This document shows positions 56,980-64,000 of a stretch of DNA of 64,000 nucleotides, piece by piece (the stretch's first letter is position 1; every line of letters begins with the position of its first letter). The stretch comes from a virus. Its lineage: Duplodnaviria; Caudoviricetes. Location of the stretch: positions 8,218-72,217 of IMG/VR virus record IMGVR_UViG_2974679032_000001; one strand, written 5' to 3'. The notes below the pieces were generated by a model. That model was not told where the DNA came from. It did no database searches and worked only from the letters and a program-made list of their open reading frames with translations. A program made the position numbers and the translations under genes.

Positions 56980-57179
56980 CAGCCCAGCCTGCCGCACGCC
57001 AGGTCGAGATCGCAGCGACCCGCCGTGGAGCACGGCACGCACCAGCCGTCGGCTGCGATCGTGCGCATGGTCCCGCGCACTGGCCGCACCATCCGCACCT
57101 GACGGCCGTCGATGATCCGCCAGTATCCGAGCGGGCCTCTGGGCGGGCGATGACGGCCGCGCCGGAGCCAGCCGCGCAT
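56979..57179 (-). CDS. hypothetical protein
   Basis: Stop/start overlaps on both sides. Confidence 0.5.
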   Translation of the reverse strand: MRGWLRRGRHRPPRGPLGYWRIIDGRQVRMVRPVRGTMRTIAADGWCVPCSTAGRCDLDLACGRLG

Positions 57180-57409
57180 CAGCCCAGCCTCGCCATCGGA
57201 TCATCGTCAGCGGCCAGCTGGGCGCGCAGCTCGATGGCCTGGCGCAGCAGCTCGCTCGCGCCCTCCAGGCCGTGCTCGCCGATGAGCGCGGCCACCGCGG
57301 CGTTGGCGGCGTCCTCGGTGCCCATCTCAACGCGGGCCATCGTGGACTTGAACTCGGCCAGATCAGCGCCGATGTTGTCGAGGCCCTTGGGTAGTCCTGG
57401 TAGTCCCAT
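57179..57409 (-). CDS. hypothetical protein
   Basis: TGATG overlaps. Confidence 0.6.
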   Translation of the reverse strand: MGLPGLPKGLDNIGADLAEFKSTMARVEMGTEDAANAAVAALIGEHGLEGASELLRQAIELRAQLAADDDPMARLG

Positions 57410-57696
57410 CAGCCGTGATACCTCCCCTTGCTGTCGATTTTCAGCCCGGCTCGTCTGAGCCGCGCGATGTCGTTGGCCATCGCCCGCCGGTCGGAGGGCG
57501 TGCCAGCGATGCCGCCGATGTAGACCCCATCGACGTACACCTTGAAGTGGCCCGGCCGTCCCTGGTGGGGCCGGACCTCGCCGCCTGCGGCCTCGATGTG
57601 GGCGAGCAGCTCGCGCGTTTCCTTGCGGGCGGCTCGCTTCTTGCACCCTGAGCCGGGCACCGGAGTGCCCGGCCTGGGTTCATCGAGGAGGCTCAC
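57409..57696 (-). CDS. HicA-like (dsRBD-fold) protein
   Basis: 'ELLAHIEAAGG...GHFKV...TPSDRRAMAN..ARLRRAG'. Confidence 0.6.
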   Translation of the reverse strand: MSLLDEPRPGTPVPGSGCKKRAARKETRELLAHIEAAGGEVRPHQGRPGHFKVYVDGVYIGGIAGTPSDRRAMANDIARLRRAGLKIDSKGRYHG

Positions 57697-57698
57697 GA

Positions 57699-58013
57699 TC
57701 AGGCCCAGAACCGTCCCTCGGAGCGGACGATGGTCACCGTCTCGCCATCGGGCAGGTAGTCGAGCAGGCCGACGACATCGCGCCGGGCCTGCTCCTCCAG
57801 CTTGCTCACGAACACATCGCGTCGGAGGTTGATCTCCGCGCGCAGCCCGGTGCGCAGGTTCGACGCCTCGATCACCGAGTACGTCTCCAGGTAGGTCACC
57901 TGGCGGATCGCGGCGACCCGATAGGCATCGCCGCTCGGCTCCTGGGCCAGGCCCCGCACGTTGCGGTAGACATCGCCAACCGCCAGATCGCTGGCGTGGA
58001 TCAATTCGGCCAT
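57699..58013 (-). CDS. hypothetical protein
   Basis: GAAGGAGG RBS after a variant hairpin leader. Confidence 0.7.
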   Translation of the reverse strand: MAELIHASDLAVGDVYRNVRGLAQEPSGDAYRVAAIRQVTYLETYSVIEASNLRTGLRAEINLRRDVFVSKLEEQARRDVVGLLDYLPDGETVTIVRSEGRFWA

Positions 58014-58057
58014 GATTGGCCTCCTTCCCGGCGGGGCCATCCCGCCTGTTGATGGGG

Positions 58058-58309
58058 TTACAGCTCGCCTCGGGCCTTCATGTCCGAGAGCGCAAACAGG
58101 TAGTTCTGGAGCCATCCGGCCAGCTCGGCGGGATCGTCGGCCTCGACGTACACCTGGCCCTGGCTGTCGGCCAGGTGCCACTTCTCCCCGGCGAACACGA
58201 TGCTCATCACGTTGGCGCACTCGTCGCTGATCAGCGCCTGCGGGATGGTGGGGAGGGCGATGCCCGGTCCTCCGTTGGCGGCGTAGTCGGCCTGGTAGTG
58301 CTCGATCAT
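58058..58309 (-). CDS. hypothetical protein
   Basis: Directly downstream of the conserved promoter/leader. Confidence 0.7.
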   Translation of the reverse strand: MIEHYQADYAANGGPGIALPTIPQALISDECANVMSIVFAGEKWHLADSQGQVYVEADDPAELAGWLQNYLFALSDMKARGEL

Positions 58310-58318
58310 CTTGGTCCT

Positions 58319-58378
58319 CTCCGGCGGGGCGATCCCGCCTACTCCTCCCTTTATACCCGACAGGGGAGGGGAACACAC
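58319..58378 (-). promoter_or_regulatory. leftward promoter plus conserved hairpin leader
   Basis: GTGTGT-17nt-TATAAA; exact 24-nt leader. Confidence 0.75.
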
Positions 58379-58387
58379 TCCCATTGC

Positions 58388-58609
58388 TCACTTTTGGGTC
58401 ACCACCTTGAGCCGCACGCGCTGGCCCTGGGGCATCTCATGGACTCGGACCCGGCCATCGGCCCGGTGGGCGAACCGCTTGCCGCAGGCCGGGCACGTCG
58501 CGCGGTCGTCTGCGGCTCTCAGCCCGCCCAGGGCGGTGCGCCAGGTCCGAGGAGGCGCTGGCACCCGGCCGGAGCCAGGGCAGCGCCTCCTCGGGGCCTG
58601 GGCGCTCAT
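58388..58609 (-). CDS. small zinc-binding protein
   Basis: 'CPGSG...CPACG...H'. Confidence 0.6.
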   Translation of the reverse strand: MSAQAPRRRCPGSGRVPAPPRTWRTALGGLRAADDRATCPACGKRFAHRADGRVRVHEMPQGQRVRLKVVTQK

Positions 58610-58857
58610 TCCGCGCCGACCTCCGCGCCGCTGATGGGACCGGCTGGCCCGGCCACCGCCTCGGCCAGGCGGCAATCCGAGGCCATGCACGTCGAGAGGT
58701 GCCAGGCGCTCGGGAGCATCCCGCCAGTGGTGAGCCAGCCGTCGAGGCCGTCGAACAGCTCGCCAGCGCGCTCGACATCGGCCTGGCTCAGGCGATGCTC
58801 GGCCCGCACGCGGCTGGCCAGGGCGCGCAGCTCGCTCAGGGCGGCGTCGGGGTCCAT
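58606..58857 (-). CDS. hypothetical protein
   Basis: 'MDPDAAL...LDGWL..GG.LP..W', a common actinophage small-gene pattern. Confidence 0.7.
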   Translation of the reverse strand: MDPDAALSELRALASRVRAEHRLSQADVERAGELFDGLDGWLTTGGMLPSAWHLSTCMASDCRLAEAVAGPAGPISGAEVGAE

Positions 58858-59078
58858 CAGCTCACCTCCACCCAGCGGCAGGCGGTGGCGATCACGTTGT
58901 CGTAGTCGCCGCTCATGGCCTCGGAGGTGAACTCGGCGATCTCCTCGGAGCCGACGCCAGCGCGCCGGAGCGCGGCGCTCACGCGGCCGATGATCGACAG
59001 GGCGTTGCCGTCCTGGCCGACCAGCTCGACCTCGACGTGCGGGTATTTAGGCTCGGTCTGAGCCGGGGTCTCTGACAT
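58857..59078 (-). CDS. conserved hypothetical protein
   Basis: 'LVGQDGNA..IIGRV..AL' and 'SGDYD'. Confidence 0.75.
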   Translation of the reverse strand: MSETPAQTEPKYPHVEVELVGQDGNALSIIGRVSAALRRAGVGSEEIAEFTSEAMSGDYDNVIATACRWVEVS

Positions 59079-59194
59079 GATTCTTGTGCTCCTTCGTGGA
59101 GAGGTTGTGGTGGTGGTGATGGGTGTGGAGGCCCGGCCAGCAGATGGGTCTGACACTGCCCGCTGGCCGGGCCTCTCAGGGTGAGGCTACCCAG

Positions 59195-59650
59195 CTAGCT
59201 GCCGTCGTAGCCGCCAGGCGCGAACGGCGTGGAGGAGCCGAGCACGCGCCCGAACCGGCCCATCTCCTCGGCCACCGGAGGCTCGACGCCCTCGGGGAGA
59301 AGGCGCTCGCCCTCGACCAGCCGGACCAGGCTCGACCAGTTGGCCTCGCCGATGAAGGCGAGCAGGCCGGGCCAGTTGAACCGGCGCGTCTCCTCGCCGG
59401 TCACCATCCAGCGCACGCTCCGGCCGGTGCGCCAGCCGATGGCGGCGTAGCGGTACTCGCGCCCGCTCTGGTAGCGGGTGAACCCGACCATCGCCGAGTC
59501 GCCCTCCCCGATCAGCACCGGGCACTTGGGCCTGGACGCCTCCAGCTCGGCCCGCGTGGCGGCGCTGGCGTCTCTGGCCAGCTGCTCGGCGATCTCGCGC
59601 GCCTGAGCCGCCTGGCGGCGCAATTCCGCCGCCGTGATCACATTGCCCAT
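59195..59650 (-). CDS. hypothetical protein
   Basis: CACAACCACAGGAGG RBS motif. Confidence 0.7.
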   Translation of the reverse strand: MGNVITAAELRRQAAQAREIAEQLARDASAATRAELEASRPKCPVLIGEGDSAMVGFTRYQSGREYRYAAIGWRTGRSVRWMVTGEETRRFNWPGLLAFIGEANWSSLVRLVEGERLLPEGVEPPVAEEMGRFGRVLGSSTPFAPGGYDGS

Positions 59651-59712
59651 CTCATCCTCCTGTGGTTGTGGGCTGGCCCGGCCCCGGCGGGATTGCCGGG
59701 GCCGGGGTGGTG

Positions 59713-60753
59713 CTAGTTGACCCCGAGCAGCTGGCTCGCGGTCATCGGCAGCGCCTCCTTGAGCGCCACCGCGGTGCGGCCCTTGAGCGTGGCCACCTCG
59801 GGCGACAGGATCGAGCGCATGGCGCGCTTGGTGTCCTGGCCGCTCTTGCCGAGCACCGGCATGAAGTGGTCGGCGTACTCGGTCACCGCGTTGTAGGCGG
59901 CGTAGGCGGTGCCCTCGAACGGCTTGATCGAGGGCGAGACCCTCATCAGCTCCATCACCTTGGACACCGTGGCGGTGCGGCTGACCTTGGCCCGGTCGCT
60001 CTCGGCCTTGCTCACGTCGAACACGTCGTTGAGCACCGCGCGCACCCACGCCTCGTCGCGCTCGGCCTTGACCAGTGCCTCCATCTCGGTGGCGTAGGTG
60101 TCGATGTAGGAGAAGGTGATCCCCAGCAGCCGCCGGACCTCCTGCATCTTCACGTCCATCTCGCCGGTATGGCGCAGGCCGACGGTGGAGACCGCCTGCT
60201 GCTCGGCGAGGCGCTGGGTGTTGGCGCACACGATGCGTACCGGGCTGATCATGGCGCGGAGCTTGCCCTGGCCGTCGTGGTTGTTGAGCACCGCCAGATA
60301 CATCTCGGTCTTGTCGGTGAACCCGCCCGCCCCGGTGAACTCCACATGGGTCGGCATCAGCATCGTCACGAACGTCTCCCGGCCACCGCGCAGCGCGCCG
60401 ATGGTCTGGATGTGCGCCCCGCTCTGGTCGGTGATGTCGTAGAGGAGCTTGGTGGACGCCTCGTTCTGGGTCGGCGAGAAGAACCGGCCGACCACGCCGA
60501 GCGGCTCAGGCTTGCCGCTCCAGGGGTTGTCGCGGATGACCACGAACTTCTCTGGCACCTCCATCAGCGAGCCGTCGGGCATCGCGGCGTGGAGCGGCTC
60601 CTTGCGCACGTTCCAGCCCAGCATGTGAGCCTCGCGCAGCGCCTCCTCCGGCTCCATCGCGTGGCCGACCTGCTGGCCCAGCTGGTGCCAGGCGTCGGTG
60701 CGGCTGTCGGCGAACGCGAACTGCGTTCCGTTGTTGTCGATCAAGTGGCCCAT
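59713..60753 (-). CDS. DUF932-family protein
   Basis: 'AWHQLG', 'GALRGGR.TF', 'NNHDG', 'PVRIVCANT', 'RHT' and 'AYNAVTEYADH'. Confidence 0.85.
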   Translation of the reverse strand: MGHLIDNNGTQFAFADSRTDAWHQLGQQVGHAMEPEEALREAHMLGWNVRKEPLHAAMPDGSLMEVPEKFVVIRDNPWSGKPEPLGVVGRFFSPTQNEASTKLLYDITDQSGAHIQTIGALRGGRETFVTMLMPTHVEFTGAGGFTDKTEMYLAVLNNHDGQGKLRAMISPVRIVCANTQRLAEQQAVSTVGLRHTGEMDVKMQEVRRLLGITFSYIDTYATEMEALVKAERDEAWVRAVLNDVFDVSKAESDRAKVSRTATVSKVMELMRVSPSIKPFEGTAYAAYNAVTEYADHFMPVLGKSGQDTKRAMRSILSPEVATLKGRTAVALKEALPMTASQLLGVN

Positions 60754-60817
60754 CTCGGGCCTCCCTTCTGGTTGTGAGTGGTGGCCGGGGCGGAAGTCCC
60801 GCCCCGGCCGGGGTGGA

Positions 60818-61087
60818 TCAGGCGACGAACTCGGTGATCCAGTCGGTGAGCGCGTCCTCCTCGGCCATCGAGATGTCAGCGCGGTGGATGGCAAAACGCT
60901 CGCCGGAGGCGATGGCGTGGCCCTTGACGATGGTCGGGGTGATCTCGTCCCAGGCGATGGAGCCGAGGCCCTGGCGAGCGGCGAACCGCTGGCACTCGAT
61001 CATCCCGTTGAGCAGGCCCGCCTCGGCCTCGGCCTCGGGGGTGGCCCAGAAGGCTCCGTCTTTGTGGGCGATGTTGATGGCGATCAT
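60818..61087 (-). CDS. hypothetical protein
   Basis: Downstream of the conserved promoter/leader; AAGGAG RBS. Confidence 0.7.
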   Translation of the reverse strand: MIAINIAHKDGAFWATPEAEAEAGLLNGMIECQRFAARQGLGSIAWDEITPTIVKGHAIASGERFAIHRADISMAEEDALTDWITEFVA

Positions 61088-61103
61088 GTCGTTCTGGCTC
61101 CTT

Positions 61104-61163
61104 CTCCGGCGGGGCGATCCCGCCTACTCCTCTCAAGCTACCCGATGAAGGAGGGAAACACAC
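61104..61163 (-). promoter_or_regulatory. leftward promoter plus conserved hairpin leader
   Basis: GTGTGT-17nt-TAGCTT; exact 24-nt leader. Confidence 0.75.
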
Positions 61164-61165
61164 TC

Positions 61166-61318
61166 CTAGCCAGGAAGATTCTCGAACGCCCAGGCCAGCG
61201 GCATGATCAGCGCGCCGCTCAGGAGCAGGATCGCGCCCCGGCGCTCCCAGCTGGAGCCGACGCGCGCTCCAGCCAGGACCACCAGGCCGACCAGGAACAT
61301 CACCGCGCCCAGGATCAC
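61166..61318 (-). CDS. small 2-TM membrane protein
   Basis: VILGAVMFLVGLVVLAG...AILLLSGALIMPLAW. Confidence 0.6.
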   Translation of the reverse strand: MILGAVMFLVGLVVLAGARVGSSWERRGAILLLSGALIMPLAWAFENLPG

Positions 61319-61728
61319 GGCACGATCCCCAGGGTGCGCGAGCTGATCTCCAGGTGGCGGCGGATCAGCTCCTCCTGCCAGGGCGCGAGGATCACGCCGT
61401 TGGCTCTCACCTCGTCCAGGAGCGCCATCGTGACGGCGCGCTGGCGTTTCCCCCACAGGAGGCGAAGATCGCCCGCCAGGCGCTCGTTGAGCGCCGCTCT
61501 GGCCGGGTCTAGCCTCGGGGCCATCAGCGCGGCCAGCTCGCCGGGCTGCCAGCCGCTCCAGCGGGCCACGCGCCGGGCGCGGAGCTTGTGCCGCCAGGCC
61601 CAGCGGCGCTCGCTGGGCAGCCAGAGCATCCGAGGGTGGGTTGAGCACTTCCAGATGCCCGCGTCGCAGAGCGCCTGGCGCGGATGGAGCACCGGGAAGC
61701 TCGCGCGGGTGAGCCAGAGCGGCGTCAT
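61315..61728 (-). CDS. hypothetical protein
   Basis: 4-nt overlaps with neighbours. Confidence 0.55.
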   Translation of the reverse strand: MTPLWLTRASFPVLHPRQALCDAGIWKCSTHPRMLWLPSERRWAWRHKLRARRVARWSGWQPGELAALMAPRLDPARAALNERLAGDLRLLWGKRQRAVTMALLDEVRANGVILAPWQEELIRRHLEISSRTLGIVP

Positions 61729-62102
61729 GGCAGCACCACCTCGAACTCGCGCCGGAACAAGCACTCGCGCCCGCCGCCGGAGTTGAACCGCAGGCAGTAG
61801 AGCGGCTCGCCGTCGGGCTGGCTGTTGGGAATCTTGGACGTGACGCGCGCCATCGGATTGCTCCGGCGGCTGGAGAGCGGCACGGCCAGATCGCCGACCA
61901 CCGGCTCCACGGTGAGGCCCTCGCCCTCGATGCGCAGCAGAGCGGCGTCCTCGCACTCGGCCTGCGCGTCGGCCTTGGTCTCATGGCGGGTGACCCCGCC
62001 CTCGATCCCAGGACCGCGAGCGACCCACCACTTCCCGGCCTCGCCCCTGGCCACGCGCCAGGGGCCTGCCTCGTATCCGCCGTCCTTGCCGTGCCACTTC
62101 AT
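61725..62102 (-). CDS. hypothetical protein
   Basis: ATGA overlap. Confidence 0.65.
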   Translation of the reverse strand: MKWHGKDGGYEAGPWRVARGEAGKWWVARGPGIEGGVTRHETKADAQAECEDAALLRIEGEGLTVEPVVGDLAVPLSSRRSNPMARVTSKIPNSQPDGEPLYCLRFNSGGGRECLFRREFEVVLP

Positions 62103-62485
62103 CGCAGCGCCCCGATCTCCAGCTCCAGCGCGCGCACCATGAGGTCGGCGTGGACATTGCCGGGATGGCTGGCCAGCACGCCGCGATGGCGCTCCAGGAG
62201 GCCCTCCAGGCGATTGATCTCCGGCGGCGTGCAGATCGTGCAGAGCCGGACCTGGTGGACCCGGCACCGGCCGGTCAGCCGGTTGATGGGCGGCGGCACA
62301 TACCCGGCCAGGGCGGCGCGGGCGTCCTGCTCCTCGGACTCGGAGAGCTGGCTGGCCGGGAGCGCCTCCAGGGCGACCTGCTCGGCGTGCTCGGCGCAAT
62401 CCTCGGGGCGGTCGTTCGCGCAAGGGCACTCCTCGGCGAAGAACCAGTCGGGGTGAGGCACCCCGTTGATGTTGATCCATCCCAT
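62099..62485 (-). CDS. hypothetical Cys-rich protein
   Basis: CACAACCACGAAGGG motif upstream. Confidence 0.7.
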   Translation of the reverse strand: MGWININGVPHPDWFFAEECPCANDRPEDCAEHAEQVALEALPASQLSESEEQDARAALAGYVPPPINRLTGRCRVHQVRLCTICTPPEINRLEGLLERHRGVLASHPGNVHADLMVRALELEIGALR

Positions 62486-62518
62486 GATCTCGATCCCTTC
62501 GTGGTTGTGGGTGGGCGA

Positions 62519-62794
62519 TCAGGCGGCGACGGGCGTCTCGTTGACGATCGCCACCAGGCTGCGCAGCTCGGAGCCGGGCAGGGTGTACCAGACGGCGACC
62601 TCGATCTTGCCGTCGATGTCGAGCGAGGCCGGGGCCTCGTCCATCGCCGAGCCGACCTGGGTGCCTTCCATCGCGGCGGCGAGATCGGTGACGGCGATCA
62701 TCGCGCCCTCCAGGCTGGCCTCGCGGACGTACTCGACGTGATCGAACTGGCCCTCGTCCTGGATGACGACGATGTAGGGGTGGGCGGCGCTCAT
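62519..62794 (-). CDS. hypothetical acidic protein
   Basis: Downstream of the conserved promoter/leader. Confidence 0.7.
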   Translation of the reverse strand: MSAAHPYIVVIQDEGQFDHVEYVREASLEGAMIAVTDLAAAMEGTQVGSAMDEAPASLDIDGKIEVAVWYTLPGSELRSLVAIVNETPVAA

Positions 62795-62807
62795 GGTTCT
62801 CGATCCT

Positions 62808-62867
62808 CTCCGGCGGGGCGATCCCGCCTACTCCTCTGAGAATACCGACAAGGGCGGGCTATTGCAC
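62808..62867 (-). promoter_or_regulatory. leftward promoter plus conserved hairpin leader
   Basis: GTGCAA-17nt-TATTCT; exact 24-nt leader. Confidence 0.75.
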
Positions 62868-62922
62868 GCCAGCCAGGCGAGAAGGCCCGACCGGATCGCT
62901 CCGGCCGGGCCTCCCCGAGGTG

Positions 62923-63774
62923 CTAGGCGCTGGCCTTCTCGTCGGCCTTGGCCTGCTCCCAGGCCACCCGACGCTCCTCGACCTTGACCTCCAGGGCCTC
63001 GGCCTTGGCGATGTCGCCAGCCTCGCGCGCCGCCTTGGCCTGGAGCCGGACCTCGCGCATCCGGCGGTAGGCGTTGTAGGCCGGGCCGGAGCCGCGCCAC
63101 ACCTTCTTGCCGTCGGCGGTGATCGCCTTGACGCCCTTGGGCTTGGCCGGGGCCTCGACGCGCGGGGCGCGCTGGCGGGCCTCCTTGGCGGCGCGCAGCT
63201 GGTCGAACTCCGCCTCGCCGGGGTAGACGGCCGGGGCCTCGGTGACCTTCTCCACGAACTCGGGCGTGGGGTCGACCAGCGCGACGGTCTGGCCGTTCTC
63301 GCGGGCCTTCTTGGCGGCGCGCTGGCGGCGGCGGTCGGCCGCAGCCTTGGCGCGCTTGGCCGCTTGCTCGTCCATCTCGGCCTGGATCGTGTCCTCGATC
63401 TCGTCCTGGCTCGGGACCGGGGCGGTCTCGACGCGGGCGTCCAGAGCCGCCTGGCTGGGCGAGCCGGAGAGCTTGGCCTGGTAGACCGCCAGCAGGCGCT
63501 CCTTCTCGATGTCGCCCCAGCCGTGCTCGGCGATCTCGGCGACATCCTCGGCGGTGACCTTGCCGTTGACGGCGGTGGGGTAGGCCGGGATGACCTCGGC
63601 GGGCTTGCCGGTGCTCCACGTCTGGGTGCGGCTCACCGCGGCCTTGTGGGCGGCGGCGAAGCTCTTGTGCCACTGGACCTGCGATCCGACGGTGATGGCG
63701 ACGTAGGGCATCGTGCCCGAGGTGCGCGTGTAGGTTTCGCCGTCGTGGATCGCGGTGAAGGTGATGGTGGCCAT
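62923..63774 (-). CDS. hypothetical Ala/Lys/Glu-rich protein
   Basis: GAGGAG RBS; strong codon bias. Confidence 0.8.
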   Translation of the reverse strand: MATITFTAIHDGETYTRTSGTMPYVAITVGSQVQWHKSFAAAHKAAVSRTQTWSTGKPAEVIPAYPTAVNGKVTAEDVAEIAEHGWGDIEKERLLAVYQAKLSGSPSQAALDARVETAPVPSQDEIEDTIQAEMDEQAAKRAKAAADRRRQRAAKKARENGQTVALVDPTPEFVEKVTEAPAVYPGEAEFDQLRAAKEARQRAPRVEAPAKPKGVKAITADGKKVWRGSGPAYNAYRRMREVRLQAKAAREAGDIAKAEALEVKVEERRVAWEQAKADEKASA

Positions 63775-63794
63775 GTCGTTCTCCTCTGGTGATC

Positions 63795-63957
63795 GGCGGG
63801 CCGTTCCCGCCTGACCTGATTCAAATTACCCGAGTCGGGAGGGAAACACACGTCGAGCCAGAAATTAATTTTCGGCCCCGTCAAAAGGGGTCGCCTCGGT
63901 TGGTCCCCGGTGTCCGGCTCCGAGGCCCAGAATACCGACTTGGGAGGGGAATAGCAC
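63795..63957 (-). promoter_or_regulatory. two tandem leftward promoters plus variant hairpin leader
   Basis: GTGTGT-17nt-TAATTT (about 63823-63851) and GTGCTA-17nt-TATTCT (about 63929-63957); GGCGGG/CCCGCC hairpin at 63795-63811. Confidence 0.7.
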
Positions 63958-64000
63958 CGTGTCGCGCCGCCCCGCCGGGCCAGTGAGTTACCCTCCCTCT

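Noticed and set aside
58319-62831. 24-bp repeats as a CRISPR array
   Set aside because: The copies are kilobases apart and separated by genes. No cas operon is present, and the Cas4-like nuclease is a normal phage replication-module gene.

Overview
This 64-kb window is most of the genome of a high-GC, apparently lytic actinobacteriophage (siphovirus) whose gene order resembles cluster B mycobacteriophages. Left to right: portal (partial), MuF-protease fusion, two capsid genes, four membrane-protein genes, major tail, head-tail genes, tail chaperone, a 2160-aa tape measure with Rpf-like and NlpC/P60-like domains, minor tails, and lysin A/B. Then a leftward replication block (PD-(D/E)XK nuclease, SF2 helicase, primase-helicase, Pol I), a strand-switch region with a tandemly duplicated two-gene module, and many small accessory genes. 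I saw no integrase, tRNA or CRISPR array. Notable observations: (i) a paralogue of the tail chaperone about 16 kb from the tape measure, with a candidate -1 frameshift into a GT-like extension; (ii) a duplicated coiled-coil + ribbon-helix-helix module with conserved cis elements; (iii) three repeated regulatory architectures (leftward promoters with a 24-nt hairpin leader, hairpin + CACAACCACGAAGG start-associated elements, and leaderless TANNNT promoters); (iv) a low-GC, rare-codon patch inside the MuF gene. Family assignments come from motif recognition by eye, not database searches.
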